Of a stretch of 64,000 nt of DNA, positions 39,089-48,849 are shown in pieces. Under the pieces are notes generated by a model that saw only the letters and a list, made by a program, of their open reading frames with translations, did no database searches and was not told the DNA's origin. Location: positions 3,790 through 67,789 of the IMG/VR virus record IMGVR_UViG_3300036861_000495. One strand, written 5' to 3'. The DNA comes from a virus. The stretch's first letter is position 1; every line of letters starts with the position of its first letter. A program made the translations under genes and the position numbers.

Positions 39089-40006
39089 TTACTGACCAGC
39101 CGGCGACCGATTTACTGACGTGTGGAACTTCGACCAGTAGATGAACACGTGCGCTCTGATATTGGCGCCCGTCGTAACCGTCGGCGAGTAGGACACGCCG
39201 AGGCCGGTGGCCACATGGATCAGGTACGACGTCTCCATGTAGAAGTTGCCGACTCCAACTCCGTCTCCACCAGACTGGTTGCCGACGTGAAACTTCAGTG
39301 CGAGACCTCGATTTGATACGAACGCCTGGCTGGCCGTCTGATTGGCTAGCTGTACGATGCCAGGGCGAATCCACTCGGCCGCACCAGAACCGAAGGTACC
39401 GGTGTGTAGGCCGACCATGTTGACAAGGGCGTTGTTGACGGCGACGGCGTGATTACCCAGGAATCCCACGCTGAGATGGCTCGTCTGTGAGCCGGTATTC
39501 GGCGTGAGGTTCTGGATGATGACGTCCGTAATCATCGCGCCACTTGGCAGGAAGATACCGCTGTCTGACTGGTACGCCGTCGCCGCAGCGTTGACGGCGA
39601 ATCGAGAGATGTTGCGCGCAGCGTCACGCGGAATGACGATCTTGTGCGTGAACCGGTCCAGCTTGCCCACGCTCGTGGAACCACCGTACGCGTAGAAGCA
39701 GGTCAGGTCGACCGGATCGGCGATGGTGCTGTAGAAGTGGAGCCGCCCATTGGAGTCGCTGAACGTCGGATTGTCCTTGGCGGTCGTGAGAGCCGTTGTG
39801 GCATGCAACAGAGCGGAGCCGTGGATGTTCGTCCTGTAGACCGAGCACTGCACGTCGCCAACACCGGCCGTGTTGGTCTTGTAGACCCGGCCCTGTTCGT
39901 CGACCGTGGTCCACCAGAAGTAGAACGGGATCTGCGCCGAAGCAGGAGCCGCGGCGAAGAGGACAAGGGCGGCCAGCGAGGCCGCCAGCCACTTGAACAT
40001 CTTCAT
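39089..40006 (-). CDS. Capsid decoration/cement-like protein with signal peptide (start revised to ATG 40006)
   Basis: Directly after the MCP; MKMFKWLAASLAALVLFAAAPASA; NPTFSDSNGRLHFY and LPSGAMITDVII motifs. Confidence 0.65.
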   Translation of the reverse strand: MKMFKWLAASLAALVLFAAAPASAQIPFYFWWTTVDEQGRVYKTNTAGVGDVQCSVYRTNIHGSALLHATTALTTAKDNPTFSDSNGRLHFYSTIADPVDLTCFYAYGGSTSVGKLDRFTHKIVIPRDAARNISRFAVNAAATAYQSDSGIFLPSGAMITDVIIQNLTPNTGSQTSHLSVGFLGNHAVAVNNALVNMVGLHTGTFGSGAAEWIRPGIVQLANQTASQAFVSNRGLALKFHVGNQSGGDGVGVGNFYMETSYLIHVATGLGVSYSPTVTTGANIRAHVFIYWSKFHTSVNRSPAGQ

Positions 40007-40028
40007 GGTGTATCCCCCTTTCCTCATG

Positions 40029-41009
40029 TTAGGCACCCAGGTTGGTGCGGGCCGTGCGAAGCGCGATGACGGCGTGATCTTGGGCTGAGAAGACCGATTT
40101 CTTGAAGCCCCAAATCGCACCTATCGCATAGCCAGGGCTGTTCCCGTAATCGAATTCCTTCTCCCACGCGAACGGTCGGCGGCCCCAAGCGAAGAGACCG
40201 GCCTGCATTCCGAGGAAGTAGTTGGAGGCGTAGGCTACGGCGCCAGCGCCACCATCGTTCGCCGCTGGAACCTTCTCGTGCGCGTGAATGACCACGCTTC
40301 TCCACATGCCGTACCGGCCCGTGAAGATCTTGTTCTCGTCGCCGCGGAGACCGGCATCACGTTGCGTCGCGTGCCACGTGGTGTCCTGTTCCAGGTCGAA
40401 CGCGACGTCGGTATGGATGACGAGGACGAAGTACGCCTCGCCTGCGATCTTGACCGGCCAGATCTTCGGATCGGCCTTCGCCGCACGACCCACACAGCGG
40501 TCGATGAGGCTCGGGGTGATGACGTCGGCAGCCGTGAGGTTGCCCAGAGTGGTCCGGTTGCCGCCGAACTGGATGGTGCTGGAGTTGGTGTCGATCTTCG
40601 TGAAGATGTCGTCGTCGATCACCTCCGCCAGCCACGTCTTCAGGTGACCCTTGGCCTGGGTCGGCTGGTCGTAGGCGGTGCGCTTCATGGAAAGCTGACC
40701 CTTCAACCGGACGGCGTTGCGCCGCTGGTCGAGAGTCACGGTGTCCTGGAAGGTGTTCAACAGCTCTTCCGAGCCTTCCAGTTGGTTATCTCCCGAGACG
40801 CCCGCGCCCGTCAACTTCCGGGATAGCGAGTAATTGTAGACGTCGCCGGGCATTCCCTCCAGATCACGCCTCACTTCGATGATGGCGTTCTGGTCATTTT
40901 CCTTCATGAACCTACCCCAGAAAATTTCTCTTGGGAGTTCGACCCATAGGCGCTTCGCCCAGAGCTGAACCCTCTCGCTCGATGCCGTCGTGTACTCTGT
41001 CTCCGCCAT
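40029..41009 (-). CDS. Major capsid protein, N4-gp56/DUF4043 type
   Basis: GVSGDNQLEGSEE, DQRRNAVR, YFVLVIH, NKIFTG, LGMQAG and EFDYGN motifs; AAGGAGG SD. Confidence 0.9.
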   Translation of the reverse strand: MAETEYTTASSERVQLWAKRLWVELPREIFWGRFMKENDQNAIIEVRRDLEGMPGDVYNYSLSRKLTGAGVSGDNQLEGSEELLNTFQDTVTLDQRRNAVRLKGQLSMKRTAYDQPTQAKGHLKTWLAEVIDDDIFTKIDTNSSTIQFGGNRTTLGNLTAADVITPSLIDRCVGRAAKADPKIWPVKIAGEAYFVLVIHTDVAFDLEQDTTWHATQRDAGLRGDENKIFTGRYGMWRSVVIHAHEKVPAANDGGAGAVAYASNYFLGMQAGLFAWGRRPFAWEKEFDYGNSPGYAIGAIWGFKKSVFSAQDHAVIALRTARTNLGA

Positions 41010-41036
41010 TGGCGGTCCTCCTTGTTGAAACTGCGC

Positions 41037-42161
41037 TCAGGACTTGGGGCGTCCGCGATCGAACCAGGCCGAGATGGCCGGATTCTTATCCATGAAGTCC
41101 ACAAACTTCTCAGAGTTCGTGTCCATCATGCGGTTGAGCGAATCCCAGAACTCAGGCGATCTCCCCACCTGCGGAGAAGCACCAGCACTTTGGAAAACGC
41201 GCACGCCGCGCGGTTTCGCGGCAGAACTCACAACCGTCTCCATCACTTCCCGGGCCCCTTCCCGTCGAGCCGCTTCGATCTCCGTAGGTTTCGCCGGTTC
41301 AGCCGGCTTAGCCTTGATCGCGACTTCTTTGAGCGGCTCCTCCACTTCCTCCACCTCAGCGACTTCAGGTTCCATCGAAGCGGTCTTTGCGCGCGCGATA
41401 CGAAGAGCGGCCTTGGCCGGATTGGCCGAACCGTAGATCCTCTTTGCGATCACAGGGTCCGCGTAGTTGCCTTGCGCGTCCCGGGCGATGGCGTTGTAGA
41501 TGCCGGCCTTCGTAAGAATCTCGGTCAGGTTTTCGCCGGTGTCATCGGCCAGATCCTCGGCAAGTTCACGCTCCTGTTGCTGGATGCGCCTCTCATCGAG
41601 TTTCTCGACCAGTTTCTCGGTCGCCTTCTGGGCGGCCAAGTCGACCGCCTCTAGGACTCCGGTAATGACCTTCGGGTGCGTGCTCTCGCCTCTGGCCTCA
41701 GCCTCATTGGCAGCCCGAAGAATCTCGTCGGGCTTGCTCTTTTCGACCCTGACCTGAAGCGGGGGCAGAGCCCCAACCATGGTCTTCATGCCTACCGTGC
41801 GTTCGCCCTCGATCTCGGCCCACTTCTCACGGAGGCGCTTGTTCTCGGCGCGCAGATCCTTCGACTTCACACGTTCAGCGGCCAGCGCCTTGCCAGTGGA
41901 CCCTTTGGCTGGGGCCGTGGTAGTGGCTGGCTCTGCTTTGACTTCCGGTGCTGTGGTGGTGACTACTGGAGTTGTGACGGCGGGCTTGACCTCGTCGGTG
42001 GGTTTGGCTGCGGGTTTCTCCTCCGCGGGCGCTTGAATGGCGCGCTCGAAAGTTTCCGCGTCCATACCCTCCGGGAGTTCGATGTCAAAAGCATCGTCTC
42101 CAGGTGAGTCGGTCCGGGACCCGTTGGTGACTTCAGCGGTTGTGCTAGCTGCCTTGGCCAT
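41037..42161 (-). CDS. Scaffolding protein
   Basis: Acidic, helical protein immediately upstream of the MCP; ALAAERVK coiled coil. Confidence 0.75.
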   Translation of the reverse strand: MAKAASTTAEVTNGSRTDSPGDDAFDIELPEGMDAETFERAIQAPAEEKPAAKPTDEVKPAVTTPVVTTTAPEVKAEPATTTAPAKGSTGKALAAERVKSKDLRAENKRLREKWAEIEGERTVGMKTMVGALPPLQVRVEKSKPDEILRAANEAEARGESTHPKVITGVLEAVDLAAQKATEKLVEKLDERRIQQQERELAEDLADDTGENLTEILTKAGIYNAIARDAQGNYADPVIAKRIYGSANPAKAALRIARAKTASMEPEVAEVEEVEEPLKEVAIKAKPAEPAKPTEIEAARREGAREVMETVVSSAAKPRGVRVFQSAGASPQVGRSPEFWDSLNRMMDTNSEKFVDFMDKNPAISAWFDRGRPKS

Positions 42162-42295
42162 TATGGCCCTCCCTGTGTTGTAGTCGATCGCGGGATCAAC
42201 TTATCCCGAAGCGCCGTATCCAAGGTCGGCGACCCCTACCGGTTTCATTCCTTATACGGGGGTGTCCGGCACCCGCCGAAAGCGAGCAACCCTGG

Positions 42296-42360
42296 AAAAA
42301 CAAAAGGCGCCTGGAGATGAGCGGTCCGGATTCAAACCGGATACTCACCACCAAGCGCCT
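42296..42360 (-). terminator. Long interrupted hairpin plus U-tract in the capsid-operon leader
   Basis: AGGCGC/GCGCCT, TGAG/CTCA and TCCGG/CCGGA stems, followed by TTTTGTTTTT on the minus strand. Confidence 0.6.
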
Positions 42361-42401
42361 TGGGCATCCCCGAGGTCGGCTCGGTACTACCTTACTATCA
42401 G

Positions 42402-42429
42402 ATTACATCTAGTTACGTCATTGCGTCAA
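42402..42429 (-). promoter_or_regulatory. Candidate sigma70 promoter for the scaffold/capsid operon
   Basis: TTGACG-N16-TGTAAT (or N18-TAATCT) in an AT-richer intergenic stretch. Confidence 0.55.
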
Positions 42430-42435
42430 CTTGTC

Positions 42436-42813
42436 TCAGGCTCGGCGGTGATACATCGGCACCGCCCCGATAGTCCTACGGCCACGCTGATCCTGGACCG
42501 CGTCGGCCATCACCATCTCTCGGTTGGCCTCTGCCGGCGTGACTACGATCTTCTGTGTGATCGGCGCAGGCTCTTGCTGGCCACTCATGCTCTGGGCTAG
42601 TCGTTCCAAGCCGGCCATCATCAGATGTTCCAGGAATGAGTCGAATGATACCGTCGGCAGCTTGCGTTCTTTCTGGGCCGCGGTTAGCCGTTCGTGGCCC
42701 TCACGAAGTAGCACAGCGGCACGTTTGCTGAGCCTGATCGAGAACTTTTCTATCTCAGGCAGGATTGGCTGGACTGGTCCGGCGGCCAACTTCCTTATCC
42801 TAGCGACGCCCAA
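42436..42813 (-). CDS. Hypothetical protein
   Basis: In-operon ORF; possible ribbon-helix-helix-like segment. Confidence 0.55.
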   Translation of the reverse strand: MGVARIRKLAAGPVQPILPEIEKFSIRLSKRAAVLLREGHERLTAAQKERKLPTVSFDSFLEHLMMAGLERLAQSMSGQQEPAPITQKIVVTPAEANREMVMADAVQDQRGRRTIGAVPMYHRRA

Positions 42814-43250
42814 GTATGTCTCCTTCTGATGAGCGAGATGTTAGACTCCGAGACTCCATACTCACAAGCCAGAACTCTGCCTAGCTCAGATTCTCGCTGT
42901 CGAATCTTGAGTACCTGATCCGCCGTCACCTTGAAGGTTCTAGGATGGTGGTGCGGTAACAGCCGGCCCCTAGTAACTGCGTCGCGCATATTTTGGCTCT
43001 TGGTGCCGGCATATAGATGATCCGGACGCCAGCACGACGGAGTATCACACAGGTGAAGAACGTCCATTCCTGGAGGAATTGGGCCGAAGTGTATTTCATA
43101 ACTCAGACGATGGACGGCAACAGTCGACCCCGTGATACACATGTGTCCGTAATGCCTTGCATTCTGGGAACCTATGAACAGCCAGCACCCAGGCAAATCA
43201 GGCAGCCACATTGTCTTACTCTCGATCCTCTCCAGGATAGACACGCCCAC
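42795..43250 (-). CDS. HNH endonuclease
   Basis: GCWLF...HRLSY...VLHLCDTPSCWRPDHL...N motif. Confidence 0.88.
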   Translation of the reverse strand: MGVSILERIESKTMWLPDLPGCWLFIGSQNARHYGHMCITGSTVAVHRLSYEIHFGPIPPGMDVLHLCDTPSCWRPDHLYAGTKSQNMRDAVTRGRLLPHHHPRTFKVTADQVLKIRQRESELGRVLACEYGVSESNISLIRRRHTWASLG

Positions 43251-43679
43251 CTAGCCCTCCATCTTGTCAGTGACGCTTTGTCTCTGTGGGTTGCGGAGAG
43301 CGGCCCGTAGATCGCTGGCCGATCCGCGCCAGTCGCCATTGTTGCAGACCCTGATATTGCCGTAATCCTCTTCTACTGCGCTCAGGGTACCGCCACATCG
43401 AGGACACCGGTCTTCCCGGGGAGGGAATAGGACCTGGGACTCTACTATCTCGACCAGCGCCCCCGAGACAAGGTAGATATCGACGTGGCCGGTCCTTCCT
43501 TCTCGGAGCCACGTTCCAAGTACCTCCGGAACGTCCTTCGAGGCCCCAGAGCTAGGCGGCGTCTGCATCGAGACTCGCTCAATATGTTGCACGCGACCGT
43601 GTCGAAAATCCACATGGAGACGCCCGGTTAGATGGTCTTTTTGAGCGTCCTCTAGAGTCCTGATCGTCCAGTTCAGCAC
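43251..43679 (-). CDS. Hypothetical protein with duplicated TG.+.+ unit and Zn ribbon
   Basis: TGRLHVDF / TGHVDIYL duplication; CPRCG. Confidence 0.6.
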   Translation of the reverse strand: MLNWTIRTLEDAQKDHLTGRLHVDFRHGRVQHIERVSMQTPPSSGASKDVPEVLGTWLREGRTGHVDIYLVSGALVEIVESQVLFPPREDRCPRCGGTLSAVEEDYGNIRVCNNGDWRGSASDLRAALRNPQRQSVTDKMEG

Positions 43680-43691
43680 TGACTACTCCTT

Positions 43692-45869
43692 TTAACCTAC
43701 GCCGTGAGGAGGTGGAGTAGGGGCCGGGGGTGGAGCTACTGTCTGGGGTGTTTCTCCACGGGTCGAGTTTACTCCGGAAACCCCTTGAGTCGGTGGCGGA
43801 AGAGCCGGCGGCCCGCCTCCTCCCGGCATACCAGGTGGACCTCCCGGCGGTGGACCACCGATACCCTGAGCCATCTGTAGCTGCTTCACGCGCGCCAGCA
43901 GTTCTGGCTTGTCCGGCAAACCGTCCGTCAGCCGAATCACGGTGTCCATGACAACAGGGAGTATTGCGGGCATCCTTTCGACCATCTTCATGAGCGTCTC
44001 CAGCGCCTCGGATCTGGCCGTCGGACTGGACGGCGTTTCCGAGAGCACCAGATCCCACTTGAACTTGTCGACGTTGGCCAGGATTTCTGGTTTGGACGGG
44101 TCGATGGCTGCCAGTTTCCGCCATTCCTTTACGCTGTTGCGGCGCTCGTCCTTGTCTTTGACCCGATTGACGGCAGGTGGGTTAAGATGCACCATCACCG
44201 ATGATCCGAAATCATTGGTCAGCCTGACGTACTCTTCCTTGGTAAACTTCTGCTGGATACGCCGTCCGAGTTGTCGGCCGAAGATTTCTCCAGACCACCG
44301 GTTCTGGTCGAAGACCTCAGTAGCGATGATCTGTCCCTGCGCCTGCCGGCGGGCTATTGCGATACCAGAAGCGGTCTCGCCACCGCGTTGTCCGAGCAGA
44401 TCCGAGTTGACCCCTGACGTCTCCTTGATCGACACCTTCATTTGGTCAGCGAGCCCCACGATCAGACGTGTCAAATCGGCGATGCCTTGCGGCACGTCCC
44501 ATCCAGGCGGCTGCTTTCCGACACGGTAGTAGATGACTCCCTCGCCCAGAGGATCGGTCATGAGCCCCTCGGACTGCGGCGAGATACTGTTTTCCTCCGC
44601 CACGCGGCGTATTTTCCCCCACCTGCTCACCAGGTCAATAGCTTGACTCACGCGCTTGTTCTCGACCCGTTGGGCGTCTCGAAGGTCTCTAACGATGCCG
44701 CGGATATCGTCGGCCGTGCGCTCTCCTATGACCAGCGTGTACGGATAGCTTTGCCGGTCATTGACGTAGGGAGTCTCGTCCTCTTCCAGCGTCACGTTGA
44801 CCGCCGGCAGGACGGTGCCGGTCCGCATGTATCGCCGCACCCGCTTGATGGCCTGTACTTGATCCCCGCTCGCCCTCTGGGAGTCGATGGCGAACTGGCC
44901 CGGTTTGGGCATGTCTTCTGGCACCTCTTCCAACTTGCCGGAATCCTTATGGTAGAGGTGCCACCGTGTCTCATAGTCCGGGTACCACGCCTCTACAACC
45001 AGGACTCGCTGTAGCTGCTTGTCGTAGAAGTACCGATCGGCATTCAGTTCGTCGACGTGTGGCGACACGACACCGCCGTAAGCATCTCCGGAGTATCCGC
45101 GCGACACGCCGCCTGTCTGCGACAGGTCTGCGAGGATCTGATTCAGGTCGCCAACGGCTGCTTCAATTTCCTTTTTCCGCTCATCGTACTGGGCAATGAC
45201 GTCTCTAATCCAGACCCACCGGTATCGGAGAAAGTGGCTCGCATCAGAGAAGTCCGGTTGAGTCCAGTGAGGGTCCCAGATGCAGTCCCGGCCCGGGGTG
45301 AGCGCTTCCCCTACTATCTCCCCCGAGATGGGGTTGTCGTCCCAGGTCATGCCACAATGGAGTACAGACATACCACGGATGAGCGCCTGCTTGAAAGCGA
45401 TCGAACGCATCTCCGGTATGTGGATGTTGTTGGAGACGAACTTGAACAGCCAGCTCATGATCTTGGCGTCGTCTTCGTCCTCTTCACCTTGCGGCAGAAT
45501 CTTCGTGTCGAAGCGCGTCTGGCGCTCCAGACCAGTCAGGACCTTGATGATCGGCTTGATCTGATTGATGCTGATAGTGGCGCGCTTTTGCAGGCGCAGC
45601 GAGTCGTAGTCGTCCTTGTTGCCGTTGTCGTCGACCCACTGATGGGCGCCGCCGATATAAAACCCCTCGTCTATGTCGGCCTGCTTCGTGTACGTAGACC
45701 AGAGCTGGTGGCTGACGTCAGAGAGAAACCACGTACGGACTCTGCGGGCAAAATCGGAGTCGTTCTTACCGGGGCCGTCGTCTGAAGTGCTGGCCGCGCC
45801 GCCGGCAACACCAGCCCCAGGAGGTGCAACCCCCTCGGCCAGACTTAGAAGATCGGCGCCCTGGGTCAT
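43692..45869 (-). CDS. Portal protein, P22-like
   Basis: FYIGGAHQW, ISINQIKP, DFSDA, GIVRDLRDAQRVENKRVS, SGIAIARRQAQG and SPTARSE motifs. Confidence 0.9.
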   Translation of the reverse strand: MTQGADLLSLAEGVAPPGAGVAGGAASTSDDGPGKNDSDFARRVRTWFLSDVSHQLWSTYTKQADIDEGFYIGGAHQWVDDNGNKDDYDSLRLQKRATISINQIKPIIKVLTGLERQTRFDTKILPQGEEDEDDAKIMSWLFKFVSNNIHIPEMRSIAFKQALIRGMSVLHCGMTWDDNPISGEIVGEALTPGRDCIWDPHWTQPDFSDASHFLRYRWVWIRDVIAQYDERKKEIEAAVGDLNQILADLSQTGGVSRGYSGDAYGGVVSPHVDELNADRYFYDKQLQRVLVVEAWYPDYETRWHLYHKDSGKLEEVPEDMPKPGQFAIDSQRASGDQVQAIKRVRRYMRTGTVLPAVNVTLEEDETPYVNDRQSYPYTLVIGERTADDIRGIVRDLRDAQRVENKRVSQAIDLVSRWGKIRRVAEENSISPQSEGLMTDPLGEGVIYYRVGKQPPGWDVPQGIADLTRLIVGLADQMKVSIKETSGVNSDLLGQRGGETASGIAIARRQAQGQIIATEVFDQNRWSGEIFGRQLGRRIQQKFTKEEYVRLTNDFGSSVMVHLNPPAVNRVKDKDERRNSVKEWRKLAAIDPSKPEILANVDKFKWDLVLSETPSSPTARSEALETLMKMVERMPAILPVVMDTVIRLTDGLPDKPELLARVKQLQMAQGIGGPPPGGPPGMPGGGGPPALPPPTQGVSGVNSTRGETPQTVAPPPAPTPPPHGVG

Positions 45870-45870
45870 G

Positions 45871-46062
45871 TTAGCTCAACTTCTTGAAGATGGCACCGGC
45901 GATGTCGTCCAGTTTCTTCTGGCGTCGGTCGCGTTCCTTGGGATCTGCGTCCAGCGCCACGCGCGCTCCGTCCTCAGCCGCCCAGCGACGACGCATCTTG
46001 TTGGTGTTCGGGCCCGTCACCATCTCTGGAGCATCTGGGAACTTCTTTTTCTTCTTTGACAT
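45871..46062 (-). CDS. Small basic hypothetical protein
   Basis: AAGGAG SD before ATG 46062; RRWAAEDGAR motif. Confidence 0.6.
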   Translation of the reverse strand: MSKKKKKFPDAPEMVTGPNTNKMRRRWAAEDGARVALDADPKERDRRQKKLDDIAGAIFKKLS

Positions 46063-46073
46063 CTTGGTCTCCT

Positions 46074-47441
46074 TTACCAGCTCCCGCCAGCAGTAGCATC
46101 TTGCCATCCCTGGCTCACAAGGCTAGGAGGCGGTGCTGGTGCTGCTGTCGGCCCTGGTGCTGTTGTCGGAGCCCCACCATGCGACGCGATGACGGCAGCG
46201 TATATCCTGCGTTCGCGTTCACCTATCGGGTTGTTAGCCTGATAGTCGATGAGGGCCTGGAGTCCGTTAGTAGAAACGAAACTCTCGGCGCGACGCATGA
46301 ATTCGCTGTCTGGTAGACCGACCTCAGCCTTACGCCTGGCCTCTACTCTCTCTACAGCACGCGTCAGTGCGGTCTGAACGTACTGATCGACTTGCCCCTC
46401 GTCTCCGTAGAAGTGCGCGGCCATCACGGACGGAGTCTTACCAGCCTTGATCATCGCGACGAGTTCTTGATAGCTATAGTAGTTGGCCCCATCGTGACGA
46501 TTAAACTGGCCGTCGAACAGGGCACCAGCTACATCCTCCGCTGTCCTGGCGGTGCCAAGACCAGCCACTGCCCCCGGAAGTCTTTGAGCCATGTCGATCT
46601 GGGATTGCTGTCTCTTCACGTCGTATACTCCTGGTTTGCTGACTAGGTTGTAAATCAGGTTCCCGACAGCTATGACAGCGCCAACGTATGGGATTGCTTC
46701 CGCGGCCGTCATCAGACCCAGCTCGGCCGCCGTCGTGGCTGCTGATGTGGCCACGCTGGCCGTGCCTAATGCTTTCTGTGTGTCGTCCATTCTCGACCAG
46801 TTCTGGGCCAGATTGACAGCGCCGGCCACTGCTCCCGCGCCGGCACCGATAGCACCGAGCCCTCCAGACAATCCCGCAGGCAGTTTTACCAGGCCCAGAT
46901 CGCTAGCACCTCGAACCACGTCAGCCGCGCCTCCAATTCCGGAGGCTACGCGAGCGACTGGATGACCTTGTTCGTTTAGAACGGCATTGGCAATGTTGCT
47001 GACTCCGCCAGCTAGCCCCAGTCCTCCAGTGACTTCCTTGGGTACTATCGGCTCAGCGCCACCAGCCAGTTTGCCGACCAAATTAGCTGCGTTAACGCCG
47101 GTGCGAGCGCTCCCTATCAGGCCGCGAATCGACTGCAACTCCGGCGGAGGCCCAGCGGGACCAGGTACCGAGACTATACCTCGCGAAGTCCCCTGGACAA
47201 AGGGTGACGGCTGCTGGCTCCGGAACTGTGCGGTATGCATTAGCGCTGCGGCTGGCGGCTGCTGTTGTGTGAATATGTCACGCAGCGGCCTGATGCTGCC
47301 GGCAGGTGAAGTCGCGGGCAAAGAAGTAGCAGGTGAAGTCGCGGATGGAGTCAGAATCTGGCGCAGAGGCGTGTAGCCGCCGGCTCCTGGAGATTGGACC
47401 TTCGGCACCTCTAGAGTCGGCGGTGCCAGTGTATCCGCCAT
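46074..47441 (-). CDS. Gly/Ala-rich protein, possible internal virion protein
   Basis: Repeated GGLG..G helices, AIPYVGAVIAVG, and PLR(D/Q) motifs shared with the giant protein. Confidence 0.6.
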   Translation of the reverse strand: MADTLAPPTLEVPKVQSPGAGGYTPLRQILTPSATSPATSLPATSPAGSIRPLRDIFTQQQPPAAALMHTAQFRSQQPSPFVQGTSRGIVSVPGPAGPPPELQSIRGLIGSARTGVNAANLVGKLAGGAEPIVPKEVTGGLGLAGGVSNIANAVLNEQGHPVARVASGIGGAADVVRGASDLGLVKLPAGLSGGLGAIGAGAGAVAGAVNLAQNWSRMDDTQKALGTASVATSAATTAAELGLMTAAEAIPYVGAVIAVGNLIYNLVSKPGVYDVKRQQSQIDMAQRLPGAVAGLGTARTAEDVAGALFDGQFNRHDGANYYSYQELVAMIKAGKTPSVMAAHFYGDEGQVDQYVQTALTRAVERVEARRKAEVGLPDSEFMRRAESFVSTNGLQALIDYQANNPIGERERRIYAAVIASHGGAPTTAPGPTAAPAPPPSLVSQGWQDATAGGSW

Positions 47442-48439
47442 CAGACCACCAGACTCCGATACAGATAGTCATGCGACATGATCATCCGCCCGTATTCGGC
47501 CAGGTCCCGTCCGACTACGCAGGGCTGTTTATGCGGCCCCAGCGCTTGTGTCATCTTGGCGTTCCAGTCATAATCCAACTTGACTAGATATGGATTGTTC
47601 ACACCAAGTAGTTCTCGGTGCGCCGGGATGTCCGAACACAAGATTGGTACTCCAAGCGCGGCGGCTTCCAGGACGATCAGTGGCCGGCCCTCTGCGCGGG
47701 ATGGCAGGGCCAATATATCGAATGCTCGCAGATAGGCCCAAGCGTCGATTCTTGGCGACAGGAAGTGGGCCCGCACGCCTATGCGGCGGGCACGTCGCCA
47801 GAGACGATCATGCTCGGTGCCGTTGCCCATGAAGGCAATCCCAGCACTCTCCGGCACACCGTATAGAGCCAGATCCCATCTCTTCACTCGATCTAGACGG
47901 CCCACGGCGCCGATGATCTTCTCGTATTGAGGCAGCCCCAGCGCGAAACGTGCCTCTTGTTTCGTGAGCGCGGCGGCGCGCATCGCCTTCTCGTCTAGAC
48001 CGAGTGGGATGGTCACTCCAGGAAGTCCTATACGGTATCCCAGGGCGGCCTGGTGATGCGCTACGTGGACCGTGGCGGCCGTGAAGCGACGAGCCAGCCA
48101 GCGCTCTACGCGAAGCCATAACCACCCCTTCGGACCTCGTAGATGGATTCCGTGATGTGTATGAACCGCCGGTTTGCCGTACCGGCGCGCCGTGAGTCGC
48201 CCCAGAAGGCCGGCCAGTTTACCATGGGTGTGGACCACATCGGCGCCGGCCATGAGATCACTGATGTTCCCATCGACAGAGACCGCGGCTCCAGAGACCA
48301 TTACCACGGCATTGGCGGGTCCACGTGGCATCGCCACGGCCACCTCGTGCCCCATCTTGCGCAGTCCGGCGGCAAGTAATGCAACAGCCCTAGGACCTCC
48401 ACCGAGATCCGCCGTTCCTATGACGTGCAGTATCCTCAC
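47441..48439 (-). CDS. Glycosyltransferase, GT4 family
   Basis: MRILHVI...GGG, VGRLDRVK and PSRAEGRPLIVLEAAALGVP (EX7E) motifs. Confidence 0.92.
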   Translation of the reverse strand: MRILHVIGTADLGGGPRAVALLAAGLRKMGHEVAVAMPRGPANAVVMVSGAAVSVDGNISDLMAGADVVHTHGKLAGLLGRLTARRYGKPAVHTHHGIHLRGPKGWLWLRVERWLARRFTAATVHVAHHQAALGYRIGLPGVTIPLGLDEKAMRAAALTKQEARFALGLPQYEKIIGAVGRLDRVKRWDLALYGVPESAGIAFMGNGTEHDRLWRRARRIGVRAHFLSPRIDAWAYLRAFDILALPSRAEGRPLIVLEAAALGVPILCSDIPAHRELLGVNNPYLVKLDYDWNAKMTQALGPHKQPCVVGRDLAEYGRMIMSHDYLYRSLVV

Positions 48440-48849
48440 TGATAGCGCTCCAAGTACTCCCGCGCTTGATACAACTTAGGATTCTCCACCGCCCCTACCA
48501 GCAGATTGCAGCCCTGGCATAGTAATCCGCGATACCGGCCAGTGGCGTGGTTGTGATCTACAGATAGTTTCCCACCCTTACCACAGATCGCACACCCGCC
48601 ACCCTGTTCTATCAAGATCCGATCGAACTCAGCCGCGGCGATGCCATATCTATATTGCCTGGTAAGACCTAGAAAGCACTGCCCACAGACACGACCAGTC
48701 GTAGCGGCCCGGTTTGGCTTTGGCGACACTTTCGTTTCGCGCCATTTACCTGTATGGCCGCGGCGGCATACCAACATTGTCGTGTTCGCCATCTCGGCAC
48801 TAATCCTCATCCTGCTCAGTACATGCGGGCCGCTACGTGGCTTCTTCAC
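48436..48849 (-). CDS. Endonuclease VII-like HNH
   Basis: YGI...QGGGCAICG...VDHNHATGRYRGLLCQGCN. Confidence 0.88.
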   Translation of the reverse strand: MKKPRSGPHVLSRMRISAEMANTTMLVCRRGHTGKWRETKVSPKPNRAATTGRVCGQCFLGLTRQYRYGIAAAEFDRILIEQGGGCAICGKGGKLSVDHNHATGRYRGLLCQGCNLLVGAVENPKLYQAREYLERYQ

